This document shows, one piece after another, positions 1 to 7,628 of a DNA stretch of 64,000 nucleotides. The notes under the pieces are model-generated. The model was not told where the DNA came from. It searched no databases and saw only the letters and a program-made list of their open reading frames with translations. Origin of the DNA: an uncultured Bacilli bacterium (GTDB lineage: Bacteria; Bacillota_I; Bacilli_A; RF39; UBA660); the NCBI GenBank assembly GCA_944371315.1, contig CALVXN010000003.1, forward strand, positions 508-64,507, in the 5' to 3' direction. Both the position numbers and the translations under genes were made by a program. Each line of letters begins with the position of its first letter. Within the stretch, counting starts at the first letter, position 1.

Positions 1-1
1 T

Positions 2-289
2 TTAATCATCAGATAATAAAGCCTCTTTAAGCTTGTCCATATCTCTATATCCTGGATAATTATTAGGTTTTTTTATAATTTTTTTTGCTTCTTTTAAAGC
101 TTTACGTAATTCTTTGCTAGGTTTTGGATTAACAACTTCAAAAGGGAGACCATCTCTTTTAACAACTTGTTTTAAAAACAAATTAATTGCTGCACTCATA
201 CTCAAGCCCAAATCATTTAAAATAGCAGTAGCCTCTTGTTTAGTAGCACTATCAACTTGAACATTTATTGCACTAGTTAAATTAGACAA
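2..289 (-). CDS. RelB/DinJ-family type II antitoxin; the cognate toxin would lie beyond the left edge
   Basis: Segment SAINVQVDSATKQEATAILNDLGLSMSAAINLFLKQVV fits the ribbon-helix-helix RelB/DinJ pattern. Start refined from the track ATG (328) to in-frame TTG at 287-289, because GGAGGTG (296-302) lies 6 nt upstream. Stop TAA at 2-4. Confidence 0.7.
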   Translation of the reverse strand: MSNLTSAINVQVDSATKQEATAILNDLGLSMSAAINLFLKQVVKRDGLPFEVVNPKPSKELRKALKEAKKIIKKPNNYPGYRDMDKLKEALLSDD

Positions 290-318
290 GACTATCACCT
301 CCGATTTCTTGCAATTAA

Positions 319-347
319 ATAGTATCATATTGAAAAATACATGTCAA
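319..347 (-). promoter_or_regulatory. sigma-A-type promoter of the antitoxin gene
   Basis: On the minus strand: TTGACA (342-347), 17-nt spacer, TACTAT (319-324), about 15 nt upstream of the SD. Confidence 0.5.
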
Positions 348-352
348 TAAAA

Positions 353-384
353 TGCTACAATATTACTACAATGTTACTACATAT
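353..384. repeat. three direct repeats with exact 11-bp phasing, candidate antitoxin operator
   Basis: Plus strand reads tgctacaat / tactacaat / tactacat starting at 353, 364 and 375, one helical turn apart, immediately upstream of the -35 of the antitoxin promoter. Confidence 0.45.
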
Positions 385-405
385 AGTATATGCAAAAAAT
401 ATAAA

Positions 406-1686
406 TTATTCATCATATTTATCATCTTTAAACGTAAACATGTAATCTAAAATTTGAACTTCATCTCCTGGTTTTGCTCCCCATTTTTCCAGTTCATCTT
501 CAATGCCCATTCCCTTAAATTTACGAGCGAATCTCAAAACACCTTCATCTTCATTAAATTTAGTCATTTTAAGTAGCGTTTCTATTTCCTTACCACTAAC
601 TACCCAAACATTACCATCCTTTTTAATGGAATATGGCTTATTATCTTCAAATTTATATAATTTAAAATCACTTTCTTCATATAATTTAACTTCTGGTAAA
701 GTATCAAGAGTATTTGCTAAAATATTTATTAAATTATCTATTCCTGAATTGTTCATACAACTTATCTCAATAATTGTAGCATTTGGGAATTCTTTTTTAA
801 ATGCTTTTAAATTATCACTTGCATTTTTTAAATCCATTTTATTAGCAACAATAATTTCTTTTTTATTTTTTAATAAATCGTTATATTTTTCTATTTCTTT
901 CCTAATTACTTTATAATCATCAATTGGATTTCTACCTTCCATACTACCCATATCAATAACATGAGCAAGTATTTTAGTTCTCATTGCATGACGTAAAAAT
1001 TCAGTTCCTAAACCTACTCCTTCACTAGCTCCTTCAATTAAGCCAGGTAAATCTGCCATAACAAAAGAAGTGCCATTTTTAAGTTTTACAACTCCTAAAT
1101 TTGGAGATAACGTAGTAAAATGATATGCAGCTATTTTAGGTTGAGCAGATGAAATAATTGATAAAAGCGTCGATTTACCAACACTAGGCATACCAATTAA
1201 ACCAACATCTGCTAAAACTTTTAATTCAAGTCTAACTAGTTTTTCTTCTCCCGGTTCGCCATTTTCACTAAACTTTGGAGCTGGCATGTCATGAGTAGCA
1301 AATGATTTATTACCTTTTCCTCCTCTTCCACCTTTTGCAACAATGCATTCTTCATCATCATTAATTAAATCAGCAATTACTTCATTTGTATATGCATCAT
1401 ATATAGTTGTTCCTGCTGGAACTTTTATAATAATATCTTGAGCATTTTTACCATATTTATTTGAACCTTTTCCATTTTCCCCTTTATCAGCTTTTATAAT
1501 TTTTTTATAACTTAAATCGATTAATGTTTTTAAACCTTTATCTACTTTAAAAATAATGCTAGCACCCTTGCCACCATTACCACCATCAGGTCCCCCCATT
1601 GGAACAAATTTTTCTCTTCTAAAAGATGTGCATCCATCCCCACCAGAACCCGCAATTAATTTGATAGTTAATTCATCTACAAACAT
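406..1686 (-). CDS. obg: GTPase Obg/CgtA
   Basis: Gly-rich Obg fold (GGDGCTSFRREKF, GGPDGGNGGKG). G1 GMPSVGKST, G3 DLPGLIEGA, G4 NKMD. Start moved to ATG 1684-1686, with AGGTGA 5 nt upstream; the track start is a GTG inside that SD. Confidence 0.95.
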   Translation of the reverse strand: MFVDELTIKLIAGSGGDGCTSFRREKFVPMGGPDGGNGGKGASIIFKVDKGLKTLIDLSYKKIIKADKGENGKGSNKYGKNAQDIIIKVPAGTTIYDAYTNEVIADLINDDEECIVAKGGRGGKGNKSFATHDMPAPKFSENGEPGEEKLVRLELKVLADVGLIGMPSVGKSTLLSIISSAQPKIAAYHFTTLSPNLGVVKLKNGTSFVMADLPGLIEGASEGVGLGTEFLRHAMRTKILAHVIDMGSMEGRNPIDDYKVIRKEIEKYNDLLKNKKEIIVANKMDLKNASDNLKAFKKEFPNATIIEISCMNNSGIDNLINILANTLDTLPEVKLYEESDFKLYKFEDNKPYSIKKDGNVWVVSGKEIETLLKMTKFNEDEGVLRFARKFKGMGIEDELEKWGAKPGDEVQILDYMFTFKDDKYDE

Positions 1687-1784
1687 GAAAATCACCTAAA
1701 AATATTTTAGCATAAGGATATATAAAAAACAATTGAGATTTACGAATAATTCTTTATATGATAAAATTAGTTTGGAGTGATTTT

Positions 1785-2423
1785 ATGGAATATAATATTA
1801 TAAAAAATGCTGATAAAATATTACGTGATTGTCCATATTTTATAGATAATCCTTATAAATATAAAAATAAATGGCATGACTTATTTAATAATCATAATAA
1901 AATATATTTAGAGCTTGGTACCGGTCGTGGCGATTTCATTATAAATATGGCTAAACAGTATCCTAATATAAATTTTATTGCAATTGAACTAAACAGTTCT
2001 CAATTAGCTACGGCTTCATTAAAATTACAAAAAGAAAAATTAAGTAACTTAAAATTAATAAATGATGATGCCAGAAACATCACAAAAATATTTGGCAAAG
2101 AAATTGATACAATTTATTTAACATTTTCTGAACCATGGCCTAAAAAACGTGATGAAAAAAATCGTTTTACTCATGAATCGTATTTAAAATTATATGATCA
2201 AATATTTAAAAAAGATAAACACATTATTTTAAAAACAGATAATAAAGGTTTATTTGCTTACTCCTTAGAATCATTATCTAATTATTGGTATATATTTGAT
2301 ATTGTAAGTCTAGATTTACACAATGATGAAAGAAATATTTCTAATATAATGACTGATTTTGAAAAACAATATTATAAAGAAAAACGACCAATATATTATT
2401 TAGATGCATCATTTAAAAATTAA
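1785..2423 (+). CDS. trmB: tRNA (guanine-N7)-methyltransferase TrmB
   Basis: SAM-binding LELGTGRGDF and the TrmB signature FSEPWPKKRDEKNRF. Start set at ATG 1785, with GGAG at 1774-1777. The track ATG at 1758 lies inside an extended -10, TGaTAAAAT (1759-1767). Confidence 0.88.
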   Translation: MEYNIIKNADKILRDCPYFIDNPYKYKNKWHDLFNNHNKIYLELGTGRGDFIINMAKQYPNINFIAIELNSSQLATASLKLQKEKLSNLKLINDDARNITKIFGKEIDTIYLTFSEPWPKKRDEKNRFTHESYLKLYDQIFKKDKHIILKTDNKGLFAYSLESLSNYWYIFDIVSLDLHNDERNISNIMTDFEKQYYKEKRPIYYLDASFKN

Positions 2424-2504
2424 ATTAATAAAACAATAGTAATCTAAAAAATTATTATTGTTTTTTTATTTATTAAAAAATTTTAAAAATAAAAAAAGGA
2501 AATC

Positions 2505-2541
2505 ATCTCCTTATAAGAAATAAGAGTAAATAGAAGGAGAT
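2505..2541 (+). promoter_or_regulatory. hairpin able to sequester the SD of the RhuM-Doc gene
   Basis: ATCTCCTT (2505-2512) is the exact complement of AAGGAGAT (2534-2541), which is the SD 8 nt upstream of ATG 2550. The loop is 21 nt. Confidence 0.3.
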
Positions 2542-2549
2542 AATTTAAA

Positions 2550-3491
2550 ATGAAAAATGAAATAATAATTTTTGAAAATCAAAATATTAAATTGGAGGTG
2601 AATTTCAATGATGAGACTGTATGGCTTAATCAAGCTCAAATGGCAAAACTATTTGATAAAGACAGAAAAACAATTACTAGACATATTCAAAATATATTTA
2701 GAGATGAAGAACTAGAAGAAAAAGCAGTATGCTCATTTTTTGAGCATGTTGGAAATGATGGTAAAAAATACAAAGTTCAATTTTATAATTTGGACATGAT
2801 TATCAGTGTAGGATACAGGGTTAAATCTAAAAATGGAATAATATTTAGAAGATGGGCAAATAAAATATTAAAAGATTATTTAATAAAAGGATATTCAATT
2901 AATCAAAAAAGATTAGAAGCATTAGAAAAAACTGTTAAGTTGATAAATTTAGCTGGTAGAATTGATAATAAGCTTGAAGGAACAGAAGCCCAAGACATAA
3001 TAAAAGTTATTAATAATTACTCAAATGCACTGAATTTATTAGATAATTATGATTATAAAGATATTAAAAAACCTGATGGAACTTATAATGACAAAATAAT
3101 TACTTATGATAATTGTATTGATATAATCAAAAAATTAAAATTTGATAGTAAAAGTAATTTATTTGCATTAGAAAGAAACAATGGATTAAAAGAAATAATA
3201 GGAACTATTTATCAATCTTTTGATGGAATTGACTTATACAAATCAATAGAAGAAAAAGCTGCTAACTTTTTATATTTAATAATTAAAAATCATGTATTTA
3301 TTGATGGTAATAAAAGAATTGGAGCTACATTATTTTTATATTTTTTAGATTATTACAATATTTTATATAGAAATGATAAAAAAGCCATTGATGATAATAC
3401 ATTAGTTGCAATTACATTGTTAATCGCCCAATCTAATCCAAAAGAAAAAGAAATATTAATTGATTTAGTTATGAACTTTTTAGTCAATTAA
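2550..3491 (+). CDS. RhuM-family N-terminal domain fused to a Fic/Doc (death-on-curing) domain
   Basis: The N-terminal half (WLNQAQMAKLF...FYNLDMIISVGYRVKSKNGIIFRRWA) matches the RhuM virulence-protein pattern. The C-terminal half carries the Doc motif HVFIDGNKR (nt 3291-3317). Confidence 0.8.
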   Translation: MKNEIIIFENQNIKLEVNFNDETVWLNQAQMAKLFDKDRKTITRHIQNIFRDEELEEKAVCSFFEHVGNDGKKYKVQFYNLDMIISVGYRVKSKNGIIFRRWANKILKDYLIKGYSINQKRLEALEKTVKLINLAGRIDNKLEGTEAQDIIKVINNYSNALNLLDNYDYKDIKKPDGTYNDKIITYDNCIDIIKKLKFDSKSNLFALERNNGLKEIIGTIYQSFDGIDLYKSIEEKAANFLYLIIKNHVFIDGNKRIGATLFLYFLDYYNILYRNDKKAIDDNTLVAITLLIAQSNPKEKEILIDLVMNFLVN

Positions 3492-3498
3492 AAAGTGC

Positions 3499-3783
3499 TT
3501 ACGCTTCGTAAACACTTACCTTTTTTCTATTTTTTCCAGATCTTTCATATTTAACTACACCAGTTATTTTAGCAAACAATGTATGATCTTTTCCCATACC
3601 GACATTATTTCCAGGATAAATTTTTGTTCCTCTTTGACGATATATAATAGATCCAGCATTAATAGTTTGTCCATCACTAGCTTTAGCACCTAAACGACGT
3701 CCTGCAGAGTCACGACCATTTTTAGTTGAACCTTGCGCTTTAACGTGAGCAAACAATTGAATGTTTAACTTCATGAAATTCAT
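3499..3783 (-). CDS. rpmA: 50S ribosomal protein L27 with N-terminal propeptide
   Basis: GSTKNGRDS...[15 protein letters not shown] is the L27 core. N-terminal [11 protein letters not shown]|A resembles the Prp-cleaved propeptide of Bacillota L27. SD AAAGGAGGAAG lies upstream of ATG 3783. Confidence 0.95.
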   Translation of the reverse strand: MNFMKLNIQLFAHVKAQGSTKNGRDSAGRRLGAKASDGQTINAGSIIYRQRGTKIYPGNNVGMGKDHTLFAKITGVVKYERSGKNRKKVSVYEA

Positions 3784-4082
3784 CTGTCTTCCTCCTTTAC
3801 AATCATAATATTTTTATTATAAGTTTCTGCTAGTTCTTCTAGCATATCAATCATATTGTTAATTATTAATTTAATATTGTATTCATTACTTTTAATATCA
3901 ATTATAAGTTTATCTTTTTCTTCTTTATAATTTAAAGAAGAATTATCAAATTTAAGACAAGCATTAACACTAGTAATAATAATACTTGATGCACTAGCAC
4001 ATACAATATCTTTACCAAAATCATCATAATTAGCATGACCACTAACTACAATTTGTTTATTTTTTATTAAAACCTTTATCAT
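3780..4082 (-). CDS. prp: ribosomal-processing cysteine protease Prp (YsxB family)
   Basis: [20 protein letters not shown] carries the His/Cys dyad pattern of Prp. Located between rplU and rpmA as in Bacillus. Confidence 0.88.
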   Translation of the reverse strand: MIKVLIKNKQIVVSGHANYDDFGKDIVCASASSIIITSVNACLKFDNSSLNYKEEKDKLIIDIKSNEYNIKLIINNMIDMLEELAETYNKNIMIVKEEDR

Positions 4083-4378
4083 TAACCAATCTTCTTAACT
4101 ACTAATTTAGTGTATGGTTGACGATGACCTTGAGTTTTTCTGAATTTTTTCTTAGGTCTATACTTAAACACTTTTATTTTTTTATTTTTTCCGTGTTTTT
4201 CAACAGTGCAAACTACACTAACCTTATCAACATATGGACATCCAGCAACACCATTAGCAAATAAAACTTTATCAAAAGTTACATCGCTACCTACTTCAGC
4301 ATCTAATTTTTCAACATAAATTACATCGCCTTCAGCAACATAGTATTGTTTTCCACCAGTTTCAAATACAGCTTTCAT
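4082..4378 (-). CDS. rplU: 50S ribosomal protein L21
   Basis: [25 protein letters not shown]...GHRQPYTKL is canonical L21. Confidence 0.95.
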   Translation of the reverse strand: MKAVFETGGKQYYVAEGDVIYVEKLDAEVGSDVTFDKVLFANGVAGCPYVDKVSVVCTVEKHGKNKKIKVFKYRPKKKFRKTQGHRQPYTKLVVKKIG

Positions 4379-4488
4379 TTCATACCTCCTTATACTTTGA
4401 AGTCACGCCTTGATGGTAACATATAGTTTTATAACCATTTTAGTGCGGTTTTTTAAGAAATTACTTAAAGAACATTTAAATTTTACCA
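4379..4488 (-). promoter_or_regulatory. rplU-operon promoter plus a leader of about 100 nt (possible L21-leader-type element)
   Basis: Extended -10 TGgTAAAAT at 4480-4488 (minus strand), followed by a long untranslated leader with a hairpin (ATGGT...ACCAT) before SD AAGGAGG. Identity with the known Bacillota L21 leader motif was not verified. Confidence 0.3.
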
Positions 4489-4491
4489 AAA

Positions 4492-5238
4492 TTAGTATTG
4501 TTTGTCAAACCTTTCTTTCAGCTTTGTCATTTCACTAACTATTTTACCATTTTCTTTAAAATATTGATAAGTATCTATTTTTAAAATATCTAAATTACCT
4601 TCCTTAGTATTAATAAATTTATATTCGTATTTATTTATATATCTTTCTAATAAAAATCTATTTAATAAAAATTTATAGTTTTTCCAAGCATAAATTGTTT
4701 TAATTATAAAAAGACTTATGATTAAATAATTATTTAAAGAAAACCAAATATTAGTGAATAAATATAAAAAAATACCAATAACAGATATAAAAAAATAAAT
4801 ATAATATGATTTTTTATATGAAAATATCATATTTAAAAAAGAATTTAAGATTACACTACCATCTAAAGGAATAATGGGTAATAAATTAAAAAATAAAATA
4901 CTAAAATTATATTTTATAAAATTACTTTTAAAATATATACTTAATGGAAGATAATTAATAATTAAAAAAAGTATTAATTGAAATATTACTCCCCCACTAG
5001 CTATTAATAATTCTTTATATATCGGAGTATTTAAATCTTTATTAATTTTAGTAATTCCTCCGAAAGGATATATAGTAATATTAAGAATTTTATAATGAAA
5101 AAACAAAGTAAAAAATACATGTCCTAATTCATGAATAATAACAATTAAAAAAATTATTAATCCTATTTTTAAATAACCACATAAAAATAAAATTAACAAA
5201 AAATATATAGTTACAAAATTAATTTTTATAATTTTCAT
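4492..5238 (-). CDS. spoIVFB: M50 site-2 metalloprotease, SpoIVFB-like
   Basis: HELGH and NLLPIIPLDGS motifs in a polytopic membrane protein. Sits immediately upstream of rplU, as spoIVFB does in Bacillus and Clostridium. Confidence 0.65.
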   Translation of the reverse strand: MKIIKINFVTIYFLLILFLCGYLKIGLIIFLIVIIHELGHVFFTLFFHYKILNITIYPFGGITKINKDLNTPIYKELLIASGGVIFQLILFLIINYLPLSIYFKSNFIKYNFSILFFNLLPIIPLDGSVILNSFLNMIFSYKKSYYIYFFISVIGIFLYLFTNIWFSLNNYLIISLFIIKTIYAWKNYKFLLNRFLLERYINKYEYKFINTKEGNLDILKIDTYQYFKENGKIVSEMTKLKERFDKQY

Positions 5239-5821
5239 ACTTTATAAACTCATTATCTTTTTTAATAACCAAATATAAATTTTCATCCTTAGTTTGTCCA
5301 ATAACTGTCCCAGCTTCTATATAGTCATATAAATTTACTGAAACATTTTCTAAATTGCCATACCAAATATCTACCCCATCAATTCCTTGAATAATAACAG
5401 TATTACCATAGTTATCTTTATCTCCACTATAAACAACTATTCCACTGGTTAAATTATTTACCAATGAATTAGCATTAACTACTAATTTTTCACCACTTTC
5501 ATAATTTTCAATAGATTTATACACTAACTTTCCATTAAATACTGTCGCAGTATTATCTTCTTTGGGTAATACTTCTCCAAATAAATCCTCATACCACCCC
5601 TTTATTTTTGTAAAAGGTAAAGATTCAGTAAAAACATGTTCTTTATAAAACAATAAATTTTTATCACTAATATTCGTAAAAATAACACTAATTAAAAAAA
5701 ATATTATTGCTAATAAAAATTTAGTTAAATATTTAGATAATTTTTTATTATTTCTTAATTTAATTTTATTATCTTTAAATGACTTCTTTTTATTTTTAAA
5801 TTGAGTTAGATATTCATCCAT
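5219..5821 (-). CDS. membrane-anchored degenerate LytM/M23-domain protein, SpoIVFA-like
   Basis: N-terminal TM segment. The C-terminal M23-like fold (GIVVYSGDKDNYGNTVIIQGIDGVDIWYGNL) has the catalytic His positions replaced (QG.DG, YGNL). Overlaps the M50 gene by 20 nt, in the spoIVFA position. Confidence 0.5.
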   Translation of the reverse strand: MDEYLTQFKNKKKSFKDNKIKLRNNKKLSKYLTKFLLAIIFFLISVIFTNISDKNLLFYKEHVFTESLPFTKIKGWYEDLFGEVLPKEDNTATVFNGKLVYKSIENYESGEKLVVNANSLVNNLTSGIVVYSGDKDNYGNTVIIQGIDGVDIWYGNLENVSVNLYDYIEAGTVIGQTKDENLYLVIKKDNEFIKYENYKN

Positions 5822-5825
5822 ATCA

Positions 5826-6212
5826 TCACCTAGAAAATAATATGTTTGAAGTATTTATTTTATAACTAATTAATATAAAAATGCTATTAATAATTAAAAC
5901 ATTAATAATTTGAACTAAACTAATTGAAGAAAAAATTAACATACTAACTAAAAAATAAGTAATAATAATACCAATATTTACTACATAATAATAAAATATA
6001 TTATTATAATTAAATTTAAAAAAATATTTCCTTATTAAATAAAGTAATATAATAAAAATTAAATTATAGCACCACATATTTAGGATAAAATCGAGAAGAA
6101 ACCCTAATGATATTATATAAACCAAAGATTTATTATTAATATTAAGTAAAAATAAATAAGATAAATAAGGAGTAAAATTATAAAAGAATAAATCCATTAC
6201 TAAATACAACAT
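5826..6212 (-). CDS. mreD: small polytopic membrane protein, MreD by position
   Basis: Four hydrophobic segments. Directly follows mreC. Sequence recognition alone is weak. Confidence 0.45.
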   Translation of the reverse strand: MLYLVMDLFFYNFTPYLSYLFLLNINNKSLVYIISLGFLLDFILNMWCYNLIFIILLYLIRKYFFKFNYNNIFYYYVVNIGIIITYFLVSMLIFSSISLVQIINVLIINSIFILISYKINTSNILFSR

Positions 6213-6213
6213 A

Positions 6214-6864
6214 TTAACTCACCACATAAAGATAATTTAATTTATTTATATTACTTGCAAGTTTTACTTCAACAATTTTTTCAATTTCAGTTTCATTTAG
6301 CTTTATATCTATAACCTCTCCTATATAAATATCACCTTTTATATTACCAATTCCAGATGTATATATTTTATCTCCAATATTAATATTATCATAATAACTA
6401 AAATCACTAACAAATACTTTTCCATCTAAACTTTTTAAAATTCCGTAACTATCATTTATTTTAACTGATATATTCGTTGTTTTATTAGTAATTAATTTAA
6501 CTATGCTAGTATTCTTTTTAACACTACTAATAATTCCAATAAGGCCATTATCATCAATTACTGGCATACCTTCTTTAATATCATTATTAGAACCTTTATA
6601 AATAGTAATATAATCACTAAATTCATAAATGTCTCTAAACATAACTTTACTGATTATTAAATTTAAGCTACTATTATTTAAAAATTCATTACTCTTTAAT
6701 AATTCGTTATAATCTTTTTCAATACTACTACAATAATTACTTTCCATTTTTTCATAATTTAATTTATTATCTGTCTTAATTAATAATTTAGATACACTAC
6801 CACTTAATAAAATTATTAAAAAAACTACTATTAATAAAATATAATCTTTATACTTATTTTTCAT
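6214..6864 (-). CDS. mreC: rod-shape-determining protein MreC
   Basis: N-terminal anchor and coiled region, then GMPVIDDNGLIGIISSVKKNTSIVKLI...IGDKIYTSGIGNIKGDIYIGEV, typical of MreC beta-domains. Confidence 0.8.
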   Translation of the reverse strand: MKNKYKDYILLIVVFLIILLSGSVSKLLIKTDNKLNYEKMESNYCSSIEKDYNELLKSNEFLNNSSLNLIISKVMFRDIYEFSDYITIYKGSNNDIKEGMPVIDDNGLIGIISSVKKNTSIVKLITNKTTNISVKINDSYGILKSLDGKVFVSDFSYYDNINIGDKIYTSGIGNIKGDIYIGEVIDIKLNETEIEKIVEVKLASNINKLNYLYVVS

Positions 6865-6883
6865 ATAATTAGTATGCCAAAAT

Positions 6884-7327
6884 TTAAGTTAAATATCCAT
6901 TTAATAAGTCAAGCATATTTTTATTAATAGTTTTTATTACTTCATCATTACTGGTTTTAATCATAACTGTTTCATAATTAGCTATTTTTTCTATAAAATC
7001 TTCATTTACTTTTATCTCTTTAATATAGTATTTTATATTTTTATTATTAAAGTAATTCTCTAACTTTATTTTATTTTCTTCATGATAACTTACACCAATA
7101 ATAACTCGGTAATAATCGGAATTTTCATAAATTATTGAATAATCAAAATTATTTTGGTAATTTTTAGCATTATCAACACTTTTAAAAACCCCTACTTGAA
7201 ACAAATTAATTGAATTTTCATGTGTAGTTAAAGCTACTACATCTTTTTTAATATCCTTATAAAAAAAATATGCACATACTCCACCAATTGCTATTGCTCC
7301 TAAAACTATTTTTATATATGATTTCAT
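6884..7327 (-). CDS. membrane-anchored SPOR-domain protein
   Basis: After a TM anchor, LFQVGVFKSVDNAKNYQNNF...YYRVIIGVSYHEENKIKLENYF fits the SPOR repeat pattern. Start set at ATG 7327 (MKSYIK), preceded by GGTGAT. Confidence 0.55.
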   Translation of the reverse strand: MKSYIKIVLGAIAIGGVCAYFFYKDIKKDVVALTTHENSINLFQVGVFKSVDNAKNYQNNFDYSIIYENSDYYRVIIGVSYHEENKIKLENYFNNKNIKYYIKEIKVNEDFIEKIANYETVMIKTSNDEVIKTINKNMLDLLNGYLT

Positions 7328-7435
7328 ATAATCACCAATACAATTATAAAAAGTGTTTAATAAAAAGCATGTCAAAATAACACTATTTACATAAGTTTTT
7401 TAAAAAAAATAAATCAGAAATTAATCTGACTTATT

Positions 7436-7597
7436 TTAATTCATTTTTTTAGCTATCATATCTTCAGCACTATTCATAGCTTTAATTGTCTTTTTTCCTA
7501 CTTGTCTTTTAACATCTTTATTTTGCATAACATAAATAGAACCACCAACTAAAGCCATTGCAGCAGCAACACCTGCTAATTTCATCATATTTTTCAA
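7436..7597 (-). CDS. unlisted small membrane protein (53 aa)
   Basis: My translation: MKNMMKLAGVAAAMALVGGSIYVMQNKDVKRQVGKKTIKAMNSAEDMIAKKMN. TTG start at 7595-7597 lies 5 nt after GAGGTGG. A stem-loop plus T-run (7413-7430) follows the stop. Below the ORF-track length cutoff. Confidence 0.4.
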   Translation of the reverse strand: MKNMMKLAGVAAAMALVGGSIYVMQNKDVKRQVGKKTIKAMNSAEDMIAKKMN

Positions 7598-7628
7598 TAT
7601 ATCCACCTCACCATTAGTATGAGTAAAA

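Noticed and set aside
503-916. 137-aa plus-strand ORF inside obg. The same class includes 8647-8829, 11237-11431, 18234-18488, 18501-18686, 21684-22001, 38517-38732, 46166-46354, 56429-56617, 58067-58375, 58857-59117, 59387-59593 and 61729-61977.
   Set aside because: All lie antisense within well-supported genes. They translate to low-complexity Leu/Ser/Phe/Ile-rich strings typical of the reverse frame of AT-rich coding DNA, and they lack SD sequences.
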